The notes under the pieces were generated by a model. The model was given only the letters and a program-made list of their open reading frames with translations, had not been told where the DNA came from and searched no databases. From contig DKZK01000010.1 of NCBI GenBank assembly GCA_002493625.1, positions 74,810 through 138,809 on the forward strand: a DNA stretch of 64,000 nucleotides, read 5' to 3'. Positions 55,445 through 64,000 of this stretch are shown here, piece after piece. How positions within the stretch are numbered: position 1 is the stretch's first letter; every line of letters starts with the position of its first letter. The stretch comes from Lachnospiraceae bacterium UBA7076. GTDB taxonomy: Bacteria; Bacillota; Clostridia; Lachnospirales; Lachnospiraceae. The position numbers and the translations under genes are program-made.

Positions 55445-55999
55445 TTATCCAAGCACCATATATTGATAATATTTAAATAAAAAAAATCTCGAAAAAAATC
55501 CTTCACACATGACCCCAATGGAAAATAATATGGCAAAAAGTATTAAAATTTTTGTTTTTTCGTATCCGTTCCCTGCATAATAATCATACAGCAACTTTAT
55601 AATTAAAATATATACTATGTAATGTGGCAGTAAAAAAACGAGAAGAATCATCATGCCGTTCATGCCCAGATAATAGCTTTGAACTGTTGCCATAATTCCA
55701 AACATTCCACTTATAATTACAAGCAGGGTATTATAAACGTATTCTGTCTTAAGCACCTTCATCAGCATCCATATAATGGCAAGCTGTTTCCCCCGCTTAA
55801 ATATAATATAAATGATAGACGGCGCCATCCTCGAGGAAAGTACATCTCTCATATCATAAGCCGACAGTGTCAGATATTCAAAGTCCAGTCCCCTCCTTAT
55901 AAAAAGATTTATCAAAAAACTCGATAAAAAAATTGTGACAAGAAGTATCACCCTTCTTCCACCCTTATACATATAATTGCTCGTTTCCACCGCCTCCAA
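55445..55999 (-). CDS. polytopic membrane protein, SpoIIM-like (tentative)
   Basis: About 5 TM helices, with size and position (between nudF and xerD) like SpoIIM in Bacillus and Clostridium. Sequence similarity was not verified. The start is uncertain: TTG at 55999 or ATG at 55972. Confidence 0.45.
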   Translation of the reverse strand: MEAVETSNYMYKGGRRVILLVTIFLSSFLINLFIRRGLDFEYLTLSAYDMRDVLSSRMAPSIIYIIFKRGKQLAIIWMLMKVLKTEYVYNTLLVIISGMFGIMATVQSYYLGMNGMMILLVFLLPHYIVYILIIKLLYDYYAGNGYEKTKILILFAILFSIGVMCEGFFSRFFLFKYYQYMVLG

Positions 56000-56030
56000 A
56001 ATAAAAATAGAGAGTAAAAATACTCTCTAT
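55998..56030 (-). terminator. intrinsic terminator after nudF
   Basis: The minus strand reads ATAGAGAGTA-TTTT-TACTCTCTAT followed by TTTTTATTTT. Confidence 0.8.
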
Positions 56031-56033
56031 TTT

Positions 56034-56600
56034 TTATGATTTTAAGTTCTTTATTATTCCACTATTTCGCATGTGTTTGTAAGCAAAAAGTGCTAAAATA
56101 GTTTTACTGTCCACAATTGTTCCATCAAACACAAGCCCTATCGCTTCATCCACGGAAAGCTTAACCACATCGATAAATTCATCCGGATCAAGCTTTATAT
56201 TTCCACGTTTGAGCCCTGTCCCTATATAGATATCGGTTTTCTCATCAAATGTGCCTATAGCTGACACAGCATTCGTAACATGATAAATTTCCGTGGGAAC
56301 AAATCCGGTTTCCTCCTCTGCCTCGCGAACCGCACAGTCACTTCCCAGCTCTCCTGCATAGGAATATCCGCCTGCCGGAATTTCCATGTCAACAGCATTT
56401 ATGGAATTTCTGTACTGCCTTACCAGATAGGTATTTTCCTCACTGTCAACCAGAAGCACCCCGGCTCCTCCACGGGTTTTATGTTTTATATAATCATAGC
56501 ACACTGTTTTCCCGTCAGGGGTCTCAAGATAATCCTTATAAAGCGCAACTATTTTTGCATCATATGCAAGCTCCAATTTTTTTCTTTTAAATTCAACCAT
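56034..56600 (-). CDS. nudF: NUDIX hydrolase (ADP-ribose pyrophosphatase type)
   Basis: Nudix box GGYSYAGELGSDCAVREAEEETG. AAGAGG SD. Confidence 0.85.
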   Translation of the reverse strand: MVEFKRKKLELAYDAKIVALYKDYLETPDGKTVCYDYIKHKTRGGAGVLLVDSEENTYLVRQYRNSINAVDMEIPAGGYSYAGELGSDCAVREAEEETGFVPTEIYHVTNAVSAIGTFDEKTDIYIGTGLKRGNIKLDPDEFIDVVKLSVDEAIGLVFDGTIVDSKTILALFAYKHMRNSGIIKNLKS

Positions 56601-56685
56601 AACAACCTCTTAACAACTTAAATTATAACCATGAGTAGTTCTGCTTAAATTAAGAAAGGGTGTGGAATAATCCACACCCCATAAC

Positions 56686-58227
56686 TTATTTTGCATAATC
56701 CGTAACACGCGATTCTCTGATAAGATTTACCTTTATCTGACCCGGATATTCAAGCTCAGCTTCAATCTGCTTTGAAATATCTCTTGCCAAAAGTACCATA
56801 TCGGCATCACTTATCTGCTCTGGAACTACCATAACGCGAATCTCTCTACCTGCCTGAATAGCAAAAGTCTTATCAACACCCTTAAATCCATTTGCAATGT
56901 CTTCAAGTGATTTAAGGCGTGTGGTGTAAGTTTCCAACGTCTCACGTCTCGCTCCCGGTCTTGCAGCTGAAATTGTATCTGCCGCCTGAACGATACATGC
57001 TATTAAACTTTGCGGTTCAACATCTCCATGGTGAGATTCAACTGCATTTATAACAGTTGCTGATTCCTTATACTTTCTGCATAAGTCAACACCAATGGAT
57101 ACATGGGAACCTTCCATTTCATGATCAATTGATTTTCCAATATCGTGCAACAAGCCTGCACGTTTAGCCAAACGAACATCAAGTCCAAGTTCGCCGGCAA
57201 GGAGCCCCGAAAGCTGGGCAACCTCAATAGAATGTTTTAAAGCATTCTGTCCATAGCTTGTCCTGAATTTCATCTTTCCTAACAAACGAACCAATTCCGG
57301 ATGAATACCGTGTACTCCTACTTCAAGAGTGGCAGCTTCACCCTCCTCCTTCATCATGGTCTCGACCTCTCTTTGAGCCTTCTCAACCATTTCTTCAATC
57401 CGTGCCGGATGAATTCTTCCATCGATAATAAGCTTCTCAAGGGCTATCCTTGCAACCTCTCTCCTTACAGGATCAAAGCTTGACAGGATAACTGCCTCCG
57501 GAGTATCATCTATAATAAGATCAACACCTGTCATAGTCTCAAGGGTTCTGATATTTCTACCCTCCCTGCCTATGATTCTTCCTTTCATCTCATCATTCGG
57601 CAACTGAACCAAGGATATAGTTGTTTCAGAAACATGGTCTGCCGCACATTTTTGTATGGCAGTTACAACATAATCCTTAGCCTTCTTGTCTGCTTCTTCC
57701 TTTGCTCGTGTTTCTAATTCTTTGATCATGACTGCAGTTTCGTGTTTAACTTCGTCTTCAACAGTCTTTAATAAGTATTCCTTTGCTTGTTCAGAGGTAA
57801 GTCCGGAGATTCTCTCCAGTTCCTGAGTTCTTTTTGCTTCCAAATCAGCAATCTCACTTTTGATGGCATTAAGCTCATTTTCACGCTTATTAAGAGCAGC
57901 TTCCTTCTTTTCTATAGCCTCGCTCTTACGGTCCAGATTTTCCTCTCTTGAAAGAACTCTCTTTTCCATGCGCTGAAGCTCATTACGACGATCCTTAACC
58001 TCTTTATCGATTTCATTTTTCGTCTTAAGAGCCTCCTCTTTAGCCTCAAGAAGTGTCTCGCGTTTTTTTGCCTCGGCACTTTTCAGTGCTTCATCTATAA
58101 TCTCTCTAGCCTTGTCCTCAGCCTTACCCACTTTTGCTTCCGCAATGTTCTTTCGATATGCAACAGCAATAAACCAAGTGGCAACTACAGCAACAACCAG
58201 AGCTATTCCAAAGATTACATATGGCAT
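56686..58227 (-). CDS. rny: ribonuclease Y
   Basis: N-terminal TM helix, coiled coil, KH domain ([12 protein letters not shown]) and HD domain (LLHDIGK). The ATG at 58227 lies 9 nt after AAGGAGGTG. Confidence 0.96.
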   Translation of the reverse strand: MPYVIFGIALVVAVVATWFIAVAYRKNIAEAKVGKAEDKAREIIDEALKSAEAKKRETLLEAKEEALKTKNEIDKEVKDRRNELQRMEKRVLSREENLDRKSEAIEKKEAALNKRENELNAIKSEIADLEAKRTQELERISGLTSEQAKEYLLKTVEDEVKHETAVMIKELETRAKEEADKKAKDYVVTAIQKCAADHVSETTISLVQLPNDEMKGRIIGREGRNIRTLETMTGVDLIIDDTPEAVILSSFDPVRREVARIALEKLIIDGRIHPARIEEMVEKAQREVETMMKEEGEAATLEVGVHGIHPELVRLLGKMKFRTSYGQNALKHSIEVAQLSGLLAGELGLDVRLAKRAGLLHDIGKSIDHEMEGSHVSIGVDLCRKYKESATVINAVESHHGDVEPQSLIACIVQAADTISAARPGARRETLETYTTRLKSLEDIANGFKGVDKTFAIQAGREIRVMVVPEQISDADMVLLARDISKQIEAELEYPGQIKVNLIRESRVTDYAK

Positions 58228-58344
58228 ACTCAGGAGCACCTCCTTATTTAATTTTTAATGTACGAGTGTACAACAGTTAAATATTATACTTTTTTTATAG
58301 ATGTGTCAAGAAATAATATTGTTTTTTATGCAAAAATAACAAAA

Positions 58345-58809
58345 CTAAAAAAATTTATCTTCCTTTACAAGTGAATTTATGGCATTTGATATATCCTCAT
58401 AGGCATATCCTCGTCTTGCCATATACCCCTGCGCTTTTCTTCTTGTTGCCAAATCGGATAAATCACTGTAGCGTGCAGAAAGCACCTTTTTAATATCAGA
58501 ATATTCGTCAAAATCTGCCATATCGAGCTTACTCTCAATTATATCCCTTGATATTCCTTTTTGTGAAAGCTTAAGAGCTATAAGCCTTGCGCCCATTTTC
58601 CCTTTTTTGCTTCTGATATAGGAAAGGGCATAGCGCTCATCATCAATGTACCCATAGCCGGCAAGCCTGCCTATGGCAGCATCAATATCCTTTACGCCAT
58701 ACCCTTTATCAGACAGCTTATCTCTCAGCTCTTTTTCCGTACGATCCTTGTACGTAAGATAATAAACTGCCGTATCAAAAGCACTGTACCTTGCTTTTGA
58801 GTTATTCAT
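58345..58809 (-). CDS. recX: recombination regulator RecX
   Basis: 154 aa with three-helix repeats (ALYYLTYKDRTEKELRDKL). It lies immediately downstream of recA. Confidence 0.85.
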   Translation of the reverse strand: MNNSKARYSAFDTAVYYLTYKDRTEKELRDKLSDKGYGVKDIDAAIGRLAGYGYIDDERYALSYIRSKKGKMGARLIALKLSQKGISRDIIESKLDMADFDEYSDIKKVLSARYSDLSDLATRRKAQGYMARRGYAYEDISNAINSLVKEDKFF

Positions 58810-58814
58810 AATTA

Positions 58815-59900
58815 CTATTTATCGTCTCCTGTTTTATCGTTATTTTTATTGCCGTTTTTATCATTATATTTTTGATTGTTATCCGTTTCACCACCATCAG
58901 AGTCTCCGCCAAATCCGCACTTTGCCCTTACAAGAGCCTCAATCTCAGTCATCAATTCAGGATGCTCGGACAAATAAATCTTAGTATTCTCACGTCCCTG
59001 ACCAATTTTCTCTCCATTATACGAATACCATGCTCCTGATTTAACCACAACATCATGTAAAACCGCAAGGTCGAGAATATCCCCCTCTCTTGAAATGCCC
59101 TTTCCAAACATAATATCAAATTCTGCTTCTTTGAATGGAGGCGCAACCTTATTCTTAACAACCTTTACCCTTGTCCTGTTACCTACAACCTCACCGCCGA
59201 CCTTTAATGTTTCGATTCTTCTCACGTCAAGTCTGACGGAGGAATAAAATTTAAGGGCGCGGCCTCCTGTAGTTGTCTCAGGATTACCAAACATAACTCC
59301 CACCTTCTCACGGAGCTGATTAATAAATATAACGACGCAATTTGACTTGCTTATAATACCTGTAAGCTTTCTTAAAGCCTGTGACATAAGCCTTGCCTGA
59401 AGTCCCACATGGGAATCTCCCATATCACCGTCTATCTCCGCTTTGGGAACAAGAGCCGCAACAGAGTCGACGATAATGACATCAACCGCACCGGAACGAA
59501 CCATCGTCTCCGTTATCTCCAAAGCCTGTTCTCCGTTATCAGGCTGTGATATGTAAAGATTATCAATGTCCACGCCTATATGGGATGCATATACGGGATC
59601 AAGCGCATGCTCTGCATCAATAAAGCCTGCTATGCCTCCCATCTTCTGTATCTCTGCAACCACATGCAGTGCAACCGTAGTCTTACCGCTGGATTCAGGT
59701 CCGTAAATCTCAACGACCCTTCCCCTTGGCATACCGCCCAATCCCAAAGCCAAATCAAGACTTAATGAACCGGTAGGAACAACCTCTATATTCATATTGG
59801 CAGATTTATCGCCCAGCTTCATAACCGAGCCCTTGCCGAACTGCTTCTCTATCTGTGCCAGGGCAGCATCAAGTGCCTTTATCTTCTCTTCGCTTGCCAT
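58815..59900 (-). CDS. recA: recombinase RecA
   Basis: Walker [10 protein letters not shown], and the FIDAEHALD and FINQLREK motifs. Confidence 0.98.
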   Translation of the reverse strand: MASEEKIKALDAALAQIEKQFGKGSVMKLGDKSANMNIEVVPTGSLSLDLALGLGGMPRGRVVEIYGPESSGKTTVALHVVAEIQKMGGIAGFIDAEHALDPVYASHIGVDIDNLYISQPDNGEQALEITETMVRSGAVDVIIVDSVAALVPKAEIDGDMGDSHVGLQARLMSQALRKLTGIISKSNCVVIFINQLREKVGVMFGNPETTTGGRALKFYSSVRLDVRRIETLKVGGEVVGNRTRVKVVKNKVAPPFKEAEFDIMFGKGISREGDILDLAVLHDVVVKSGAWYSYNGEKIGQGRENTKIYLSEHPELMTEIEALVRAKCGFGGDSDGGETDNNQKYNDKNGNKNNDKTGDDK

Positions 59901-59926
59901 ATAATACCTCCTGTTTTGAACATATG

Positions 59927-59940
59927 TTTGTTTTTTATAA
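59927..59940. promoter_or_regulatory. LexA (Cheo-type) box TGAACATATGTTTG
   Basis: Matches the Firmicutes SOS box CGAAC-N4-GTTCG with two deviations. It lies just downstream of the recA -10. Confidence 0.6.
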
Positions 59941-59948
59941 TATAATAC

Positions 59949-59977
59949 ACGAAACTTAATTTGTCAATACATTTATC
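59949..59977 (-). promoter_or_regulatory. sigma-A-type promoter of recA (TTGACA-17-TATATT)
   Basis: On the minus strand, -35 is at 59972..59977 and -10 at 59949..59954. Confidence 0.65.
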
Positions 59978-59986
59978 GAATTTATG

Positions 59987-60000
59987 TTCGATATTTTATG
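59987..60000. promoter_or_regulatory. LexA (Cheo-type) box CGAATTTATGTTCG
   Basis: Matches CGAAC-N4-GTTCG with one half-site deviation. It lies 10 bp upstream of the recA -35. Confidence 0.6.
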
Positions 60001-60136
60001 TATTTACTTTCACAGCCGTCGGCTGCCTGCATGTTCTGGATTATTTGTATGCACAATTATTTTAACCTGAGAAGCCATATCATGTAAAGCTACAAATTGT
60101 ATAATTCACTTTACAATATGTATGCCATATCATCAA

Positions 60137-60373
60137 TCATTGTGAAATCATTTTTTTTGCATCACTTTTTTTAATTTTGGTCTTTTCACCGCAACCGGGG
60201 CAGACAACAAAATAGCTTTTCCAAAGAGGAATTAATGGTATAAAAAACAGAGTAAACCATGTCCAATGTCTTATAACTGCATGTCCGGTCTGTGCCCGGC
60301 AATGTCCGCACACAGCCGCCTGATGTACATTACCAAGCTGTTTTACAAATATTTTGGTTCCATAAAAAATCAT
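60137..60373 (-). CDS. zinc-ribbon domain membrane protein (78 aa)
   Basis: CGHC..CPGCG cysteine pairs flank a TM segment. Confidence 0.65.
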   Translation of the reverse strand: MIFYGTKIFVKQLGNVHQAAVCGHCRAQTGHAVIRHWTWFTLFFIPLIPLWKSYFVVCPGCGEKTKIKKSDAKKMISQ

Positions 60374-60399
60374 AATTTTTCTCCTTTATCATTTTATAT

Positions 60400-60960
60400 T
60401 TATAATATTTGAAACAAAATTACCATAATTATAATTGTACTTATAAGACTTATCAAAAACAGAAGGAACATATTTTTTGCCCACTTTTTCTTATGATGAA
60501 GCTGTTCTTCCGTTATCCGGCAGTCAACAAAATATGCCGGCTGTGTCATATAAGCGGTCTTGTCTCCCGTATTCATCAAATCATCATTTTTACTCTGTAG
60601 TCCCCATTTATTGTCGACAGCGCTGTCTTTTTTCAGTATCAAAAGCTTAATAAGAAAACCGATACCCAAAGGCGTAAAAATGATGCAAAAAATCAAAGAC
60701 GTAAGAGAATATCCCACGTCGTGGAATCTTCTTAACTGCAGGGACAACATTGGAATCACCAGCATAAATATGCATGAAATTGCAATACATGACATAATAC
60801 CTCCCACCACTTCATTATTACCCTGAATTATAACAAGAGAAATTCCAATAAATATAATATAAATAAACAGACCCAGCCTGTATGCCTGCCAAAATTCCCT
60901 CTTACTGATTCTGCCATTAAAATTAAATGCATGTTCCCACATGTCAATAAACGACTTCAT
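60400..60960 (-). CDS. DUF805-family inner membrane protein
   Basis: GRISKREFWQ motif and RRFHDVG motif, with several TM helices. The ATG at 60960 lies 6 nt after AGGAGG. Confidence 0.8.
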   Translation of the reverse strand: MKSFIDMWEHAFNFNGRISKREFWQAYRLGLFIYIIFIGISLVIIQGNNEVVGGIMSCIAISCIFMLVIPMLSLQLRRFHDVGYSLTSLIFCIIFTPLGIGFLIKLLILKKDSAVDNKWGLQSKNDDLMNTGDKTAYMTQPAYFVDCRITEEQLHHKKKWAKNMFLLFLISLISTIIIMVILFQIL

Positions 60961-61038
60961 AAAAAACCTCCTGTTATGTTTTAATGCATATGTACCGCTC
61001 ATATTGCTGATATTTGCAGACAGTCAATATGTCGATTA

Positions 61039-62043
61039 TCAGCTTAAAATGCACAATGAAAACAATACAGCAATGAAAATCACAACAACATTACCAAACA
61101 TAATATCTGATTTGTCAGGCGCTTTATAATCTGCAATATACCGTATACGCTTTTTTAGTATTGTATTGTTCAGATGAGATGCTACAGCAATATGCTTCCT
61201 GTTATGTCCTGCCATTGCAATAAGACACTTCCCATACTCCATCTGCAAATCACAATTCATATTCCTCAGCATTCTGTCATCGCATGCCAGCTCGCAATCA
61301 TATCCTGATATTTTCACGCAATACCACACAAGGGGGTTAAACCACATAAAAACGACACATATGTTTATAAACATCCTGTACAAATTATCCCCTGCACGAT
61401 AATGCGTAAGCTCATGCGATACAATCAGGCTGCGCCAGGTCTCATGTTCCAGTGCCGTATGCCCTACATATATCTCCGGATTCACAATCCCAAAAAGACA
61501 GGATCCCCCTTTTTCATCAGTTATGTAAACCGGTAAGTTGTCGCGAATACCATAGAGATAACTCTGTTTTTTCATGCGTCTGTAAAAAAATATATTTTTT
61601 AAAGTAAAAATTGTAAAAACAACAATCACGCCCATAAACCACAAAAAAACCAAAATGTTCTGAAGTGTATATTTATCAAGCAATTGGTCAAGAAAATCAA
61701 AACATATCCACTTCAACTTAAACAGAGCAGCAAACGTGTCATTGGAAATCTCTGCCATATACCACCTGCCAAAGCTCTCAATAGATATATCTGATATCCG
61801 GCACTCTATATTTTCGTATAGCTGTGAAACACCCACATACTCGTATAAACTATGAAATACGGCAAGCTGTAGCGGAAATATAATTCTCAAAAAACAAATT
61901 CCCCACAATATACGCCGATACGAGGGAAGGAGTCTTTTCCCTGCGATTTTTCTCAGCAGCAGGATGATAATAAGTAAAAAAGAGGTATCCCATGCCCTTC
62001 TCAGCATATCTCCATATGTAATCCAGCCTAAAACAACGTCCAA
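61039..62043 (-). CDS. M56 (BlaR1/MecR1-type) membrane metalloprotease without sensor domain
   Basis: Multi-TM N-terminus and HExxH (VSHELTHYRAGD). The protein ends shortly after the last TM helix, with no penicillin-binding sensor domain. The TTG start is 5 nt after the blaI-like stop. Confidence 0.8.
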   Translation of the reverse strand: MDVVLGWITYGDMLRRAWDTSFLLIIILLLRKIAGKRLLPSYRRILWGICFLRIIFPLQLAVFHSLYEYVGVSQLYENIECRISDISIESFGRWYMAEISNDTFAALFKLKWICFDFLDQLLDKYTLQNILVFLWFMGVIVVFTIFTLKNIFFYRRMKKQSYLYGIRDNLPVYITDEKGGSCLFGIVNPEIYVGHTALEHETWRSLIVSHELTHYRAGDNLYRMFINICVVFMWFNPLVWYCVKISGYDCELACDDRMLRNMNCDLQMEYGKCLIAMAGHNRKHIAVASHLNNTILKKRIRYIADYKAPDKSDIMFGNVVVIFIAVLFSLCILS

Positions 62044-62048
62044 AATAT

Positions 62049-62417
62049 TTAACGCTCCTTTTTTCGGGACAAAATATCCATCAGTTCATCAATTTCCTCG
62101 TCGCTTATTTTATCCTGCTCTACCAGATTTGAAACCATCACTCCCATATTGCCATGAAAAACCTTGTCAATAAAGCTTACGGATTCCTTTACAACGGTAT
62201 CTGTTTTGTCAATTAACGGAGAATAAATCTTTGCGCGTCCCTCCACATGAGATGCCACAAGCCCTTTTGCCTCCATTTTATTTAAAAACGAAATAACCGC
62301 ATGCTTGCTCCAGTGTCTGGAGGCTTCCAACAGCTTAACAATCTGCATAATTGTAAGCGGTCCCTTTGTCCACAGTAAATCCAGCAGCACCCACTCTGCA
62401 TCCGAAATATTTGCCAT
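62049..62417 (-). CDS. BlaI/MecI/CopY-family transcriptional repressor
   Basis: Winged-helix N-terminus (SDAEWVLLDLLWTKGPLTIMQIVKLL..WSKHAVISFLNKMEAKGLV) with a dimerisation helix. Confidence 0.9.
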   Translation of the reverse strand: MANISDAEWVLLDLLWTKGPLTIMQIVKLLEASRHWSKHAVISFLNKMEAKGLVASHVEGRAKIYSPLIDKTDTVVKESVSFIDKVFHGNMGVMVSNLVEQDKISDEEIDELMDILSRKKER

Positions 62418-62441
62418 ATGATAACCATACCCCCTTCCATT

Positions 62442-62459
62442 GGTAATATTTATATTACC
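62442..62459. promoter_or_regulatory. perfect 8-2-8 palindrome GGTAATAT-TT-ATATTACC (candidate BlaI-family operator)
   Basis: It lies between the -10 hexamer (62460..62465) and the SD of the blaI-like gene. Confidence 0.6.
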
Positions 62460-62488
62460 TTTATATCATACAGAGGCACAGTTGTCAA
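62460..62488 (-). promoter_or_regulatory. sigma-A-type promoter of the blaI-like operon (TTGACA-17-TATAAA)
   Basis: On the minus strand, -35 is at 62483..62488 and -10 at 62460..62465. Confidence 0.65.
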
Positions 62489-62572
62489 TTCTATAAAAAA
62501 ATTGTTGCTTTCTGCCCTTTCGTATGCTAGCATATTTGAAACTTATTTTAACCATAGCAGGGAGCTTAAAAC

Positions 62573-63829
62573 ATGAAAACAGTCGCCATTATTGCAGAGT
62601 ACAACCCGTTTCACAACGGACACAGCTATCAGTTATCCGAAATCAGGGAACGCCTGAATCCGGACTATGTAATCGCTCTTATGGGTGGAAATTTTTTGCA
62701 GCGCGGACATGCCGCCATGTGGGACAAATACAAAAGGGCAGAAATTGCATGCCGAAATGGAATCGACGCCGTTCTTGAACTCCCCTTTCCATATGCAACA
62801 GGAAGTGCACGTGATTTTGCAATGGGCGCAATCTCAATTCTCAACAAATTAGGCTGCATTGATTATATTGCATTTGGAGCCGAAACATTTAATATAACTT
62901 TATTCACTCATATTGCCGATATCCTGGAAAATGAGCCTGAGGAATTCAAGGCATTGTTTAAACAATTTCTATCTGAGGGCATCTCCTACCCTGCCGCAAG
63001 GCAAAAGGCGCTTGGGCAATACCTCGGAGACGACACGGTTACCGAAGTTATGTCCCTTCCGAATAATATTTTGGCAATCGAATATCTAAGGGCGCTTAAA
63101 ACTACAGCTTCAAAAATAACCCCTGTTTTAATAAAAAGAACATGCGACAATTATCACGACGAAACCATAACCGGTGAAATAAGCTCCGCAACCGCGATAA
63201 GAAAGCTGATTAAGCAGCCCGATTTCAGTTATGATATGTACGATAAGCTTTCTGAGGACGTATCAGACGTAACCTTAGATACATTGAAAAAGCTCCACGG
63301 CGTAGCTGCCCCTGTCTTTACTTATGACCTTGCGCCCTTTATTCAGCAATGCCTACTCCTGGAAACCCCAAGCGACAATATATGCGACCTTACAAAGGAA
63401 ATGCAGAATAAGCTTATAAGGCTGGATCCTGCCTCCTCATATGACGAGATAATCTGTTTCCTTAAATCAAAGGAAGTCACCTCCTCAAGGATAAGCAGAG
63501 TCCTTGTCCACCTTCTTTTAAATTATATGGAAAACGACCGTGACACCTTTGCATCGGATGAGTACGGCTATTATGCCAATCTTTTAGCTTTCAGGGAAGC
63601 TTCCTCTGAAATTTTAAAATGCATGGCTACCGAAGGTAAAATTCCAATCATTACAAAAAAAGCAGACTTTTACAGCAGTCTTTTAAAATATTCCCATATT
63701 GACAGTATTGCAGCAAAACGAATGTGGGAGCTTGATACAAAAGCAACAAGGCTTTATAACTGTATAGTGTATAACCGATATGGAACAAGGCTTCCAAATG
63801 ACTTTAATGTAACCCTGCCTATAATTTGA
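62573..63829 (+). CDS. tmcAL: tRNA(Met) cytidine acetate ligase (UPF0348 nucleotidyltransferase)
   Basis: N-terminal AEYNPFHNGH HIGH-type motif. Its 418 aa are collinear with the TmcAL/YlbM family by recall. Confidence 0.85.
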   Translation: MKTVAIIAEYNPFHNGHSYQLSEIRERLNPDYVIALMGGNFLQRGHAAMWDKYKRAEIACRNGIDAVLELPFPYATGSARDFAMGAISILNKLGCIDYIAFGAETFNITLFTHIADILENEPEEFKALFKQFLSEGISYPAARQKALGQYLGDDTVTEVMSLPNNILAIEYLRALKTTASKITPVLIKRTCDNYHDETITGEISSATAIRKLIKQPDFSYDMYDKLSEDVSDVTLDTLKKLHGVAAPVFTYDLAPFIQQCLLLETPSDNICDLTKEMQNKLIRLDPASSYDEIICFLKSKEVTSSRISRVLVHLLLNYMENDRDTFASDEYGYYANLLAFREASSEILKCMATEGKIPIITKKADFYSSLLKYSHIDSIAAKRMWELDTKATRLYNCIVYNRYGTRLPNDFNVTLPII

Positions 63830-63836
63830 TGCAAAA

Positions 63837-63895
63837 GGGGTTGTCAAATTAAGAATGAAGCTGTGTAATATAAATATTCTTAGTGCGACAACCCC
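63837..63895. repeat. palindromic intergenic repeat (GGGGTTGTC..AAGAAT / ATTCTTAGTGCGACAACCCC)
   Basis: The right arm carries the CTTAGTGCGACA variant seen at 27791 and 38427. The element lies immediately downstream of tmcAL. Confidence 0.75.
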
Positions 63896-64000
63896 GTATA
63901 TTTTTTCAAGTTGTAAAATAAATATATACAAATGGAAATTTTTATTTACATATCTATGTCCGTTTTTGTATATATTATGATTCTTTGTTTATTAATAGCT

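Noticed and set aside
61039-62043. BlaR1 beta-lactam sensor, which would imply an antibiotic-resistance locus.
   Set aside because: The protein lacks the C-terminal penicillin-binding sensor domain, and no beta-lactamase or PBP2a gene is adjacent. It is called only as an M56 protease of unknown signal.

Overview
This is a low-GC Firmicutes (Clostridia-type) chromosomal segment. Gene order suggests a Lachnospiraceae-like, motile organism with sporulation genes, but the taxon is inference only. I call 63 protein genes (56 on the minus strand), one stand-alone tRNA-Glu(CUC), and several sigma-A-type promoters, operators and intrinsic terminators.

The content is mostly core housekeeping:
- apbE, fhs, ftsK, a TepA-like Clp-fold protease, a GH94 phosphorylase, pnp and rpsO
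- a fused aroE-aroK, aroC, plsC, a patatin-like lipase, an M18 aminopeptidase, argD and cheV
- an OmpR/HK pair, and the ylxM-ffh-rpsP-KH-rimM-trmD cluster
- a complete fruR-fruK-fruA-ptsH-ptsI operon, mtaB and hisHF
- two tandem Spo0A-type genes, then xerD, spoIIM-like, nudF, rny, recA-recX, a BlaI/M56 module and tmcAL

I see no CRISPR array, integrase, transposase, restriction system or recognisable defence island.

The candidates most worth follow-up are:
1. Two divergent tandem Spo0A paralogs. One has a degenerate (pseudo-)receiver domain. Exact 0A-box heptamers lie in three neighbouring promoter regions.
2. A 1420-aa periplasmic beta-propeller hybrid sensor kinase whose H-box histidine codon reads AAT (Asn).
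3. A modular family of nested palindromic intergenic repeats with a CTGTCGCAA core. At least 8 hairpin copies are present, and two of them supply the last codons and stop of ptsI and a GNAT gene.
4. A split of HPr functions. The fru-operon HPr has His15 but Ala at the Ser46 position, while a separate Crh-like protein has the Ser46 motif but no His15.
5. A coiled-coil ORF built from 42-bp in-frame tandem repeats, lying in the ~3-kb block of genes that separates rpsO from pnp here.
6. A tiny XRE-regulator/small-membrane-protein module next to the tRNA, with a palindrome embedded in a consensus promoter.

All functional calls rest on motif recognition and recall of protein families. No database search was run.
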